A stretch of 64,000 bases of DNA from Podarcis melisellensis (GCA_964234715.1 OZ174280.1), one strand, 5' to 3'; numbered from the stretch's first letter, positions 11,808 to 24,736 are shown. Program-made: numbers and translations. Notes: a model not told the origin generated them from the letters alone.

Positions 11808-12672
11808 TTTATTTATACCCTGCCCTCCCCAGCCAAGACTGGGCTCAGGGAAGCTAACACCAAATATAAAAACAATTGATTGAAATACAGCTTAAAAACA
11901 AGATTAAAACACAACATTAAAACATTAAAATGCAGCCTCATTTCAGTGGAAATTCAATCAAAAACTCTTTTAGAGATGAAAACGTCAAGTCTTCACCAAG
12001 GTTAACTATCCAGACTGGTCCTACATGGGCCAGAAAAAAGCCAGGGAAGTCCCCAAATAAGAGTTCCAATGCAGAAGGAGAAAGGAAAAAAGAAAGAAGG
12101 GGATGGAATCAAATTGATTCCAAGCCAAAGGCCAGGCGGAACAACTCTGTCTTACAGGCCTTCGGAAAGAAATCAGATCCTGCAGGGCCCTGGTCTCATG
12201 AGACAGAGCATTCCACCAGGCTGGAGCCAGTGTTGAAAAGGCCCTGGCTCTGGTTGAAGCTAATCTGACTTCCTTAGGGCCCGGGACCTCTAGGGTGTTG
12301 CTATTTATGGACCTCTGTGGTCCATAAGGTCCTCTGTGGGGAGGAGAGGCGGTCCTATAGGGTCCTAGGCCATGAAGAGCTTTAAAAGTCAAAACCAGCA
12401 ACTTAAATCTGACCCTGTATTCCACAGGGAGCCAGTGCAGCTGGAAAAGCACTGGGTGAATATGCTCCCATGGCAGAGACCCCGTGAGGAGCCTCGCTGC
12501 AGCATTCTGCACCTGCTGGAGTTTCTGGGACAGCTTCAAGGACAGCCCCGTGTAGAGCGAATTACAGTAGTCAAGCCTGGAGGTGACTGTCGCATGGATC
12601 ACTGTGGTCAGGTCAGGGCGGGAAAGGTGGAAAAATGTCGCCTTGGCTGTTGCTGTAACCTGCGCCTCCAGG
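11754..12672 (-). mobile_element. L2-clade LINE, 5'-truncated (ORF2 C-terminus plus 3' UTR)
   Basis: ORF 12021..12602(-) reads VTSRLDYCNSLY...LQQVQNAAARLLTG...HIHPVLFQLHWLPVEYRVRFKLLVLTFKALHGLGP...RAFSTLAPAWWNAL, the typical L2 ORF2 C-terminal motifs. Has internal deletions/frameshifts and a simple-repeat tail. Confidence 0.95.
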
Positions 12673-13248
12673 TTAACCCAGCAAAGGTTCAGAGAACACC
12701 ATGAGGCTTACATTCTCACTACCAACACCTCCTTTAACTGGTCACCTTCTAGGTTATGATTCATAGTTGAGTCTTCTTCCTTCTTCTTCCTTCTCCCACA
12801 TACAATCTTGCACTCAAACGAGTCCACTGGTGATGAAGCCTTCAGGAAGCCAGACACACATATACCAACTCTAGGATTCCTATTGGGTTCATGCCACCTT
12901 TATTTTTAAGGGCTGGGTGGCAAAGGGGAAGAATCAGGATAAAGACTAGACTGGGCTGTGTTCTGACAAAACATCCATGAGCTGAGGCACTTTCGGCTCC
13001 AGAGCCTCAGTTGTATTGGGGTTCTCCGTAGGGTCCTATACCTCTTCCTCAGAGGAGATCTTTCTGAGATCTGGGTGGAGTGGGATCCTGACCACAGGTG
13101 AGGTCAAGAGATGATAACATGCTGCAAGCATGGAGCAAGAAGATTACAATGCACAGAGGAAATTGAAGTGCTGCTAATTAAGGAAGCAGAATATATTTTT
13201 TCTAGTCTGGTATGGATACCAAAGTCCAAGAGACACACACCTTTGCCA

Positions 13249-13393
13249 NNNNNNNNNNNNNNNNNNNNNNNNNNNNNNNNNNNNNNNNNNNNNNNNNNNN
13301 NNNNNNNNNNNNNNNNNNNNNNNNNNNNNNNNNNNNNNNNNNNNNNNNNNNNNNNNNNNNNNNNNNNNNNNNNNNNNNNNNNNNNNNNNNNNN
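13249..13393. other. Assembly gap (145 N)
   Basis: Run of N. Confidence 1.
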
Positions 13394-15414
13394 TCACCAT
13401 AGCAAGTCCAGGAGAGAGTCTAGGATAACCAGACAGGAACAGGCACATCAATCAGGCAAAAGCAAGGTAGAGTAAGACTAAGGAACACAAAAGAGCTAGC
13501 AAGAAGGTTCAAGGGATGGCAAGTAAGCTCTAAGGAGGAAGGTTGACCAGCAGCCTCTACCTTTTTCCTTTTAGTTGGTGTTGGCCTCTGGTAAATGTTA
13601 CCAAGATCTGAGCAGCAGGAAGCTATTTCCAAGAATTTGGGAATTCAATATTTGATGCGAGTATAGAACATCCAGTAAAAGACAAAATTCAAACAATGAG
13701 GCATAAGAATATAAAACTGACAGACAGAATCAATGGTGTGTCATACAACACTAAGCAGGACCAGGAAAACAATTAGAGAGTGGCATGGGATAATGACAAA
13801 AGGTGCTAAAAATAAGGAGCCACTGTTGTGGTAGGTAGATGCTCATTATGTGCTTGCACAGATAATGTAGCATGAAAGACCGAGAAAGTAGCTTAAAGAT
13901 GTAACAATATGTAAGGATTCAGAGCACTTGGAGAGCCTCCAATTCACAAGTGTGAACAGAGAGAGCAAAGGTGCATTAACGGAAGGCATTAAGAGGAAAC
14001 AGGAGTGAGAGGAGACCAATGGCATGGCCTTGTCATGCCAAGTTCCAAACAGAATCCAGCACAGCTGGTAACAAGCTACGGACGTCTTCCCTGCAGCCTA
14101 GGGAAGCGGGCAAATGGGCCTGCGGCCAATCTGCTCCCTGTAACTAGAGCGAGCCAGTGTCTGTGTGTGTGCATTCATGTTCCGCTTGAGCTGAAGCTCG
14201 GTGTTAAATTCAATGCCTTGAGTATTGATTTCCTCGCACATGCAGAACTTTGTTAAAGGGTTTGTTGTGAACTGAGATCAAAGGGAGGTTAACTCACTTC
14301 TCATAAGTGATAAAACAGACCTCAAGAAAAATTCTGCCACCCGGTCAATCCTCAGAGGACAGCAAGCAAGAGCTGTTAGTTACTCTTGTGTTGCAATTGT
14401 AAGGCTGCAAGCCATGAAGCTTCTGAATAAAGCTGGGATAAAAAAGAGCCCAACTCCTCACAGTGCCCTATATATCATCATGTGGAAATTCCAAAACCAT
14501 CCTCACCATTTCATCTCTAATGTCTCATTCCCAAAGTGAGAGGAAAGGAGTTCATCAACTTATATCTAGGAGCTAGCAAAGGAGATGCTTCTGTCCTTGT
14601 CAGTGGTGGCTTCTTAATGAAGGGTGTCTCTAATTATTGGAAATTTATATTAAGACCTGAATACATGTCTTGTATAGCCCCTAGTACTGGCCAAAGTCAA
14701 CGTCATATTACTAGGATAAATGCATCAGTCCAACCGAGTAAGTTTGCTTGGCTTTGGTTTCCTTCTTAAATATCTTTAGACAAATGAACCACATTCTATT
14801 TCTATAATTTATATAATATCATTAGTGTACACAGCACTTTTATAGAGTTGCCTAATCTAAAACGTCAGTTGCCAACACCTTCGCATTATATAGGGCAGCT
14901 TGGATCTTTTAAACAATCCAAAGCAGGTTTTCAACTCTCTCTATCACAGCTCTGCAAAAGAAGCAGCCTTGCTGGGGCAGCAAAAATACATAATCTGATA
15001 GAACAGCACTCCAGCAGAGGAAATGGGGAGAACAAGTATCGTAAGTAATAAAAAGGTGGGAAATAATATTGTAGGGAGATGAGCAAAGTGGAGTGAGGAA
15101 CCTTGCTGGTCTTTTTCTCTTTTATTTTTCAGCTAGGAAAGCACCCTCACGCAATAGTCACACGGTATGGAAGAAGAACCAAGTTCACCAAATGGCATGG
15201 CAGAACTGACCTATTGACATGGATACTGGTGGCTGCCAGAATGTCAACTGCCTCAAAATGGAAAACCTTAAGGGACTTGCAACTCTTGCTGTGGTATAAA
15301 AATATGTGGATTTTAGCACTAGCTGAAAAAAGAATGCATGAATTAAGTGTCGCTAAAGGCTTGGAAGATCCCAAAAAATTCTATGCTGTTTAGTGGGATT
15401 TTATCATATATACA

Positions 15415-15772
15415 GGGACGCGGGTGGCACTGTGGGTAAAACCTCAGCGCCTAGGACTTGCCGATCACATGGTCGGTGGTTCGAATCCCCGCGGCAGGGT
15501 GCGCTCCCATCGTTCGGTCCCAGAGCCTGCCAACCTAGCAGTTCGAAAGCACCCCCGGGTGCAAGTAGATAAATAGGGACCGCTTACCAGCGGGAAGGTA
15601 AACGGCGTTCCATGTGCTGCGCTGGCTCGCCAGATGCAGCTTGTCACGCTGGCCACGTGACCTGGAAGTGTCTGCGGACAGCGCTGGCTCCCGGCCTATA
15701 GAGTGAGATGAGTGTACAACCCTAGAGTCTGGCAAGACTGGCCCGTACAGGCAGGGGTACCTTTACCTTTAC
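15415..15772 (+). mobile_element. Sauria SINE (Squam1), full length
   Basis: Starts GGGACGCGGGTGGC, with an A box-like TGGCACTGTGG, B box GGTTCGAATCC (15478-15488) and ACCTTT-repeat tail. TSD TATCATATATA(C/T)A at 15402-15414 and 15773-15785. Confidence 0.97.
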
Positions 15773-15776
15773 TATC

Positions 15777-15807
<31 letters not shown>

Positions 15808-15827
15808 GAGAGGGAGAGAGAGAGAGA
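15777..15827. repeat. Compound (TA)n(TG)n(GA)n microsatellite
   Basis: Direct reading. Starts inside the right-hand TSD of the SINE. Confidence 0.95.
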
Positions 15828-16759
15828 ATGACAAATACAGACGTACAGGACTCCCTCCCAACAGTACAACATGAAATCTGGCTTTCCTAATGGTCTTAAG
15901 TATTCTAGAGATAGTGTCTGGTTTTTTGTATTTGTACTTCTATTATTTTTATTCCATTTCTTTGTTTGACTTACTTCAATAAAAAATATTTTAAAAACCA
16001 ATCAAATCTTAAGCAATATTCAATAGGTGCTGGGAACACTTGTATGATCACATTTGATACAGGAATTGCAATAGAAAGATTTGCTTTAGTTTAAGAGTAG
16101 TGGGAGCCTTATTTTCATGTGTACAAAAATGAAATTCTAATACTGAAAAGAGTGAGGGAAGCCTGGATCCCACACTACAAATGGGTAACAATTGCATCTT
16201 TATTGCACACAATATGTATGTGCACTCAAACCTGAGCCCTGCAGGTTTAAAATCTCAATTGCCCCACCTTGTGTTACCATCTAGCTTCTGCCTGGATACT
16301 TTATCTGAATCAAATGCCGGCAGTGTTTATAGAGCAATTGCTGTGTGTTCTCCACTTGCACAGTGATGAAGATTTCACTTAAACTCTCAACATCTGCACA
16401 TTTCAAGTAAATTAGGCCATTCGCTATAAAAGAACACAATGACAGTAATGGAATAATAACAGCATTAATAAAACACAACAATCCTTGGATGAGGAGCAGA
16501 TGCATTCACAAGCTTCAGAGACAGAGGGAGGGAGGGAGGGAGGGAGAAAATGAGGCTGCTTAGAAAGTCATACAATGCATATTCAGGTCGGGGGGGGGGG
16601 GCGACCAACAACGAAGACAGGGTCAGGAGAAAAGTATATTTTACCCTTACAATAAAGTCTTCCTGAATCCAGAAAGTTCTAATCTCATCAGAGGAAAGGG
16701 TTTCCTTGGAAAAACATGTTTGTAATGGGCATCCAAGGAGCACGAACACAAACACATGA

Positions 16760-16786
16760 ACACACACACACACACACACACACACA
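16760..16786. repeat. (CA)n microsatellite followed by a G-run
   Basis: Direct reading. Confidence 0.97.
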
Positions 16787-19700
16787 GGGGGGGGAGGGGG
16801 GACCTGCAGCCCTGGAATCACATGCAGCCCTTAGCCTAACTTTAAAAGCCCTTTTCAAGCAATCAGTTTGAACCTCTGGCAAGAGCAGTTGCCAGACAAG
16901 GAAGACAAGCAGCAAGGAGAGAGACAGAGATCAAAAGGGTGGCAGCAAGTGAATGTTAAGGGGTGGCCCTGCCCGTAATCACTACTAGTTTCTGACTTCA
17001 TACCACCATGTGGCTCTTGAAATATCACCTGTGAGGCCATGTGGCCACCAATAGCAAAAAAACCCCCAACACAACCACCATTGTCCTCTCCTTATCTACA
17101 TTTAAGTACTCTAAATTCTACTGTTGGGAAGCCTTGTGAGCCAAACAAAATATACAAAAGGGCAATCTGCAATAATCTACAGGCGGTAATAAAGTTCACT
17201 AGCTGGCAAGGGTTCTTGAACTGCACTGGGCAAACAAGTAAATGCCGAAAAGGTTTATTTAGGGGGGAAATAGAATACAAAATGAGGTGCACACCACACA
17301 AAAATTGCATGGAAACTGAGTTCGAATACCAACTCAGAGATAGAAAACATTATGTCAAGACAAAATTCTGAGTTAGCAGAGCTAAAATAGAGTGAGTAAT
17401 CAATTGACAGGTAAATATTTCCACCATCAGAGAGCAAAGTTAGTCTCCCCTTCATAGCAATGGCTTAGGAAAATTAAAAATAAATATCCTCCAAAATGCT
17501 GTTTCCCAAGGAATAGATTCATACCTTTTATCAGAGGCGAAAGCCCAGTCTCAGTTGTAACTAATGACCAGTGAGCCAGATGAGACCCAAACTGGAAAAG
17601 GTGACTCACATATTAAAACCCGATTCTCAATGTGGATGGTGATGTGGGCGTGTGGGTTGGGACTGGCAAGTAGGTAGGAGGCCAGGTACAGTAGCTTCTT
17701 CAAAGCTCCCAGATGCTTCACTTGAATCATAGCCTCAATCTGCCACCTCCTCCTTACCAATGCCAATCAATATCCCACAATTTGAATGTCTCCTCCTTCT
17801 TTGTTCCACTATGCCACATTTTGCAATTAGGTTGCAATATCTGACCTGTTGGTTTTTTCCGTGGAATGTTCCCCAAAATGACAGACAAGCCTAATTTGCC
17901 CAGTTCATTCAGTTAATTTGCTAAATTTGGGTTTGGCATTCCAATGAAGGTCTGTACCCAATTTCCAGCAGCTTCAACAAGTTACACAATGTTGCATTCT
18001 GATCTCTATATTTGAAGTGGTCTCACATGTTCACTTCGTCAACTACTACTTGGCAAAGAAAGTGATTAAGGTTGTGATTTGCAGTTTATTTAAAGGAGTG
18101 GACCCATGGAGGTTCGGTTATTTTAAATACCCACAGCTACCACTCTTCTCAGAAGTGAAAGGCTGAAACGTGCTTACTTTTATTCCCTTTTGTTTTATCA
18201 ATGTGCTCCTTTAACTTTTATGTTCTGAATCATTCTGAAATTGCCTTTGGGTTGAACAATAACATGAAGGACATTTTGCCAGCTTCTTTGTGAATTATGA
18301 GCATGCCAAAAAACATCCCTCCAATTTGTGAACAGAGGAAATAATTGTCTCCCCCTTATCTGCCCCATCCTCTCACATAATAAAGCAGCAAAAATAAAAC
18401 ACGTAGAATTCTAACACTCAACATGAAGCTGTAATCATTAAACAAACATTGAAATACATGATAATTCATCCCAGCCAGAAAATGGACCTATCATGCATGC
18501 AGGGGTATCCTAGTCCTGTTTTTTTCCTGCCAAGTTATCTAGTCTGGCTCAGTATTTCAGCCAATATTACCTGTGGCAGTTTGCATTGCTCTAAGGGCAA
18601 TTTTTGCAAGGGTGGGGGACACAATATTTCACCTGTTTAGTTGCAGCTCACCTAAATGCACAAGCTGAGCGCACTATCTCTACTCATAATTTCTTAACAG
18701 AGCTAAGAGAAATGGGGGAAATGAAAGAGACCAAAGAACCGGTTGCCCAGGACACAAACAAGGTTGCAAAAATCTTTGTTGACACTACAATTTCTTCTTC
18801 CTCTGCTGATTTTTAGCCATCTCTGCTTCTCCCCTGAGGTGCCTCAGGTGATTGAATGAAATACAACCCTCAGCTCCAATAAGCGTATTTCAATTACATC
18901 TGTCAACACATAACGACGTAATGATATATCATGTGATATTAAATCCATGGTAATCATATCAGTGATTTTTTTATAGTGTGCTAATCATGTTATTACATCT
19001 CAATAATTAACAACAGAAGATCTGGAAATCTCCATTACTGTGCTCATTATGTCTTCTGCTGCATACAAAAAGCCCATAGGATGCCAGGAGGGCAGAGACT
19101 GGACATCTTAGGCTCATGAGGCAACTGTCAGGCACTGAATGGGAAGAGCAAGAACATACCAAGTATAAGATGATGGTGATTATTTTTTGCCTCTTGTGTC
19201 TTCTAGAATGAAGACAGACAAGTCAGTGATGAGGGAGAAAAGAGATGAGCAGCAGTGCTACCACTGTGTGTTTCAGTCTGAAATCATCGTTAGTGGCTAT
19301 CATGATTAAATCTTAGGTTTAGTAAGGAAGAAGCACAGCAGATAGTGACCCTCTGTGTCCCCAACCAGTACAGATCTGCTCAGCAGCCGGTATTCTCCTC
19401 CCTTACCTACCTATGGTAAAACTAAAGATCAACCCGATTGGACTTTTATGTGACTAAAAGGGTGGGGAACGCAAGTGTCAAAATTAATTCAGATTATAGC
19501 ATATCATACCCTCCAGAAGAGGGCTACCTACTGCCTTCCTCCAATGATTTTGTTGGAACTCGTCCTTAAACCGTGGATCAGTGCTTTATTTACATGGGAA
19601 CTGTTTGCTCAGTGGGCCAATTGATCCATTCTGCAAGCAGGAAATCATAGTCTTGGAGAGCAAGCTGAGTGCCCAGGCTGCACACTCCTAAAGTCAAGAT

Positions 19701-20504
19701 GGCTGTAAGATGTACAGAGAGAGATACAGGGATTATGTGGTTCCAAATCCAAACTGGGGAGAATGGTGTTTTTGGGAGGTATATTCCAAGCTTGCCTGGA
19801 AGAGGGCAAAGTATTCAAAAGTTACCTGAGGGAGAGAAGGCTACTCTCTGGCTGCAATAGAGCTTTTACACTTATCCCATTTGCAGCCTGATCAATCTAG
19901 CAGTTTCCACTCATGAGCTGATCTGAGAGAGCCTCATTACCTGCCTTAAAGTTGCAGCCATGCACTTAGCTCTTAAAGATGGGATTTCAGGAATATCTGA
20001 CTGATCATTTCTCTTCTCATTTATTTCTGCTGCCCTGAACCAATTCAACCTGTAAAGTCGAAAGAGGAAGAATAAGTTGGAACATATTTGCAGAGCTCCT
20101 GCCACACTCTGCTCCTGACTTCCTGCATCCTTTTGCAAATCACCCCTACTGGATGCCATGCAAGTGGGGAGCTATGCCTACAACTCAATTGTGTCAAATG
20201 GGAACAAGGAGTAGAAGATGCCCCACTCCATTGCTGGCGAAGGGAACAGAACACTATCAGGGAAGCCCATTGAGTCGCAATACCTGAGAATCTCTCCCAA
20301 GAAGTATGAAGCTTGTCACACTGACAAGACTACTCTTGCCTCAGTGAGATAGAAACTGCTAGCCTTCTGTCTGGAAGCAGGGAAAAGCAGTGTCTCTCCA
20401 CCATGGGAGGCTACAAACCAAATTTAAATAAAATAAAAAACAAGTTTTGTTTCTCAGGAACAGAATTATGGGCCAGATTTTGGACTGTATAGTATGGTCA
20501 TACC

Positions 20505-20660
20505 CAGTGCTTTTTTTCCTAAAAAATGTTTAGGGGTACTCTCATTTTGACTAAAGAAAATCACCGTTTTATAGTTCAAATTGGGAAAAATTAATGGACA
20601 AAAGAACAAAGATTCCCAAAATGTTTAGGGGTACGCGTACCCCCAGGAAAAAAGGCATTG
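20505..20660. mobile_element. hAT-type MITE
   Basis: TIRs CAGTGCTTTTTTTC / GAAAAAAGGCATTG. Perfect 8-bp TSD GTCATACC (20497-20504, 20661-20668). Internal direct repeat AAAATGTTTAGGGGTAC. Confidence 0.92.
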
Positions 20661-21649
20661 GTCATACCATTGGTCTTAACATAGCTGTACATTCAGTGTG
20701 CGAATCCAGGAAGCTGCTTTATCCTGAGGTCCGATCTAAGGCCAACCCTAGTTAGTGACCAATGTGGTACAACCCTCTTTTGGACCTAAATCACTTCAGC
20801 TTTGATACAATAAGTTTCTTGTTTGAAGACCCGCATATATACACATCCAATACAAAGAGAACATCCCTTGTAAAAATCCTTCTCTCTGAGATTGTCAGAC
20901 AAGACAATTAGCCATCTCTGAGGTGGAACCATTTTTGTGTAATGTGCACACAGGCAACTCACCATGCGAAAACCATGTGACAAGGGGCCTATGAAAGCCT
21001 TGCACTGTGTCAATCACAGTACATTTCATCTCATCTCATCAGCAGTTCCTGGCATTAGGAGAACAGAACCTGTAGATTACAAGTCAACAAGCACAGTATC
21101 TCAGTCAACACTACAAGGATCCACTTTACCAACCGTTATTAGCACCACCTTGACATTGCCTGTGAAAAGGGTTCAGTGACAGGAACAGACTCTGTTAGGG
21201 GACAGTCCACAGGAGCAGCTTCCCCTGTATATGGGGGACTATGGCCTATCCTCGGAATGCAGCAAGAGTGGAATACATCGTGAGTCAGGGTAGACATTAA
21301 TATAGCCATAGCTATTTCTGTGACCACAGCAGCACTTTAGAAGAACTGGTTGCCCTTGTGTAACAATCCAATTTCACAGAAACATTTCTCTTTGCAATCA
21401 TGATTGAAGAGAACCTGCATCTGTACATAAGGGAGAAACAGCAACAGTAAGTAAAGAAGAACAACGCAATCAGGAAATGCTTCCTTACTTTGTACTTTCA
21501 GTTAAAGCAGGCAAAAGGGAGACCATTCTGCTTACCCATACAAATCTTTTACATACAAGAAGTGCTGGAAAAAATATTCAAGTCGCATATGTCAATCCAC
21601 CTCCATACTTTTTTTCTTGGTCCCTGCCCTCTTTGCTTTTATTGAATGT

Positions 21650-21730
21650 CATCTGATGAAGAGTTGGAGGGCTCAAACATGTGCACACTGTTTTGTAAGA
21701 TATTCAGGTTGTCGTAACAAAGGTATTGCT
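21650..21730 (+). mobile_element. Penelope-like remnant with decayed hammerhead-ribozyme core
   Basis: CTGATGA (21653-21659), then stem GAGTT/GGCTC, then AAAC where GAAA is required, followed by ...TAACAAAGGTAT. Confidence 0.5.
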
Positions 21731-22024
21731 CTAATAAAGATTTTGAATTTTCTCCTATAGGCCAAAGCAGCTACCTTGCCTGTGGCACCTGCAACAGTGT
21801 CAGTTTCACAGATTGAATCCATCGATAGTCTAAAGAAATCCCACATGTAAACTGTTTTCAAGGTGTTAAAAACTTTATAAACTATGAAATAACTTTGAGG
21901 GAACACTTCCCACACTCCATCTCTTAAGACTCCAACCAGATGCAAATATGGATAACTTGGTTAACAATCTTGTTTTCTTCTTCTTTCCCCAACTCTCCCA
22001 AACTGAGTACCTTAGCATCTAACC

Positions 22025-22159
22025 GAGGACTGGAAAAACTATGGCATTCCTGATATCATTGAACTACAGCTCCCATCATTCCTAACCACTGGCCATGCTG
22101 GCGGATGCTGATGAGAGCTGGAGTCCAGCATCTGGAGGGCCATACGTTCTCTGCTCTTA
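22025..22159. mobile_element. Short palindromic hAT-type MITE (about 135-bp family), copy 3
   Basis: ACTACAGCTCCCATCATTCC...GATGAGAGCTGGAGT inverted arms. Flanking repeat ATCTAACC/ATCTAGCC. Confidence 0.78.
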
Positions 22160-23605
22160 ATCTAGCCTAATGAAGGTTTCTGAAGAACTACAAAACATTG
22201 GCTGACCTACAAAACCTATTGACCTAATGTGTATTTTGGAATTTATTTCTAGGTACAATTTGATGTGGACACCACACTTGCTACACTGCTAGAGCTTTTA
22301 TTTAATTTTCAGTAAACGTTTGCCTCCTTGAAGTACAATCTTTTTAATAGTGGGCATGCCTCATTAACTCTGCCTTGAGAACCAGAAGCAGCAAATGCAG
22401 GATGGTGTGGTACTACTGGGGAGGGGAATGTCCATTATTTTGCTGTTAAAGGGAGACTTTCAGAGAAGATCCTGCAAGAAACCATTTTGTTTTCCCTAAG
22501 TTTGAAATCACTCATATCAACCCAATTCCACTCTACTCCACATGTGACAAACTAACAAGAATGAAGTTGGTCAAGACTTGGAAACAACTTATATAAAGCT
22601 GAAACTCCTGTCCATCAATGTTTGACCCGACCTAAATGGAATTCAGATTATTCTTTGAACCCAGTTCGTCAACCTGGTCAGTTTTCTTCTATCACTTGCA
22701 GGGGGAAAACCTTGGTAGGAAACTGTATGTACGCATGCAAAACAGGGATGTACTGAATAGGCTCTTTGCTAATCTGGGGTGAAGCAAGTGGGGTTTAATA
22801 TTTTGCATAACTCACTGTCATATCCCTATGAATAGTGTGAGAAGAATATTTTTCTTCTTTAAAATTGCTTAATTTCTGAGATGGGTTACTGACCATTTGT
22901 TTTCTAGCTTATTTATGCATCCCTAAGGACTAGTGACATGAAAAGTAAAATAAAAGAGAGTCTGAGAATTCTGGATTCTGAGTTTCTTCCATATAGCCAT
23001 AGTCATACAGAACACACATAGCTTTGCCTATATGAGTCAGGCACATGGAGGGAAATGTTCCTGTGTGGGTCTTCAGCCAGCACGACAGCATACAAATTTT
23101 TAATACTCAAGCTGTTCAAAGGATCAGCAGAAGGCCCCCTTATCACACTCATAATTTAGAATAGAAGCTCTTGTACATGATACAATCCCACACCACTGGA
23201 GTGTGTGTGAATACTGCAACCACGGGGGGGGGGCATTGTGGGGAAGGAGAGATTGACAATATAATGGAACACTCTCACCAGACCATTGCCCACACTCCCA
23301 TCAGGGAAGCAATTAGGTGGTATATACCTAGGGAATCAGTCCCATACAGTTGCAACATTCACATCCACTTCCCAATGGCATGGGATAACACCATGATGCA
23401 GCATGGATGAAGGGGGGAATACTTTATTAAATCAGCTATAGTGGCATTGACACTTTAGATTCACAGTTAAACTAAAGAGAGAAAGACCTCATACTTTAAG
23501 TGTACTTCCAGACAGCACTGCATTTATGGGCAGTTGAGCATTGACTGTGTCACTACCACAGTGAATCTGCACAGCTTCAATCGAGGCAGAAGGGGCAGAA
23601 TAATA

Positions 23606-23813
23606 CAGTCATACCTTGGAAATCGAACCATTCCAGAAGTCTGTTCGACTTCTGAAGCGTTCGACTTCCAAAGCGTGGCTCCTGCAGCCAATTGCCAATC
23701 AGAAGCCGCGGAAGCTCCGTTGGATGTTCAGCTTCCAAAAGAACGTTTGAAAACCAGAACACTCACTTCTGGTTTTTGATCGTTCGGGAGCCGAAATGTA
23801 CAAGTTACGACTG
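23606..23813. mobile_element. Tc1/mariner-type MITE (third family)
   Basis: TIRs CAGTCATACCTTG / CAAGTTACGACTG with TA on both sides. CpG-rich interior with repeated GTTCGACTTC. Confidence 0.85.
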
Positions 23814-24432
23814 TACTGGCAAAAGCTGGAGGAAGAAGACTGATTTTCACATGTGTAAACCAACGTGAGTGTGCAATACTGAAAACTCACCACTAGGAGA
23901 TAAGCATAAGTGGAGAAGCTGCAGATGGAATGGAATCGCAAACCAATAGCCACTGTTAGACTTGTGATGATCTTACTATCCAGCCCCATTTAGAAAGAAC
24001 ACCATATAAGCAGTAGGTAATCAGCCAAACCACCATTGATGCACCATTCCAAGTTTGGCTCTGTCTCCTTCCTTGCTACCTCTCCCCAAACATTTAAACA
24101 AGGAACCCATGGCATGTCCAAAAGGTCCAAATCTTTCCAGATACATTCCAGTTTGAAACCGGAAACACACCATCACAGTCATGCATTACTAACATGCCAA
24201 CGCAGAGCTTTCTTTGGCTTTCCCCATTGCTCTGTGCCCAGAACACACATTCCAGCAATCTCTCCACTGCAGCTTGCATTGCTGGGGAAGCCATGACCAC
24301 AGCCACAATCCTGGGAAGGATCCTACCTCTGCACAAGGCTGTCCAAGAACTTGACAGGGCTCTGTTTGAAAAAAGCTGTTGAAAGAAATGATCTCTTTAA
24401 GTGCAATGGGGAGATATTTGTCTCTGATTTAC

Positions 24433-24580
24433 CCTTGGCTTTTTGCTCTGGTTCAGGTAGGAGCGGCGTGGGATGGCTGGCAGATCTGAGAGCATGGCAC
24501 GCCCCAGCGGGCAAAGCGCGCAGTGCGGAGGAATGCGAGAGTCAGTTTGGAGTGCTCTCCATTTATCAAACTCATGCAGC
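24433..24580 (-). other. Candidate 3' part of an alternative first exon (possible short coding part MLSDLPAIPRRSYLNQSKKPR)
   Basis: CpG-enriched. GCCATG start at 24495, 21 codons to an AGG|GTAAAT donor at 24433/24432. The same frame is open back to the N gap. No homology recognised. Confidence 0.35.
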
Positions 24581-24736
24581 NNNNNNNNNNNNNNNNNNNN
24601 NNNNNNNNNNNNNNNNNNNNNNNNNNNNNNNNNNNNNNNNNNNNNNNNNNNNNNNNNNNNNNNNNNNNNNNNNNNNNNNNNNNNNNNNNNNNNNNNNNNN
24701 NNNNNNNNNNNNNNNNNNNNNNNNNNNNNNNNNNNN
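24581..24736. other. Assembly gap (156 N)
   Basis: Run of N flanked by ...GCAGC and GAGAGAG..., suggesting a collapsed simple repeat. Confidence 1.

Larger units (their letters stand above)
15180..15997 (+). mobile_element. L1-clade LINE 3' fragment, interrupted by a Sauria SINE and a microsatellite
   Basis: ORF 15103..15393 ends LLTWILVAARMSTASKWK...WYKNMWILALAEK, resembling the C-terminus of non-mammalian L1 ORF2. A T-rich 3' UTR, AATAAA and an A-rich tail follow near 15978-15997. Confidence 0.65.

Noticed and set aside
12021-12602. 193-aa ORF, the longest in the track
   Set aside because: It is a frameshifted L2 ORF2 C-terminal remnant followed by 3' UTR, not a host gene or intact reverse transcriptase.
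13104-13475. ORFs spanning the first N gap (likewise 24351-24853)
   Set aside because: Their length is an artefact of N runs containing no stop codons.
15415-15490. tRNA-like A and B boxes (also at 27308, 60260-60336 and 54776-54806)
   Set aside because: They are SINE heads or fragments that cannot form a complete cloverleaf, so they are not tRNA genes.
16644-16729. Weaker inverted repeats here and at 30080-30170, 44740-44920 and 52422-52517
   Set aside because: Only short gapped blocks of the size expected by chance. Listed within the collective finding but not supported individually.
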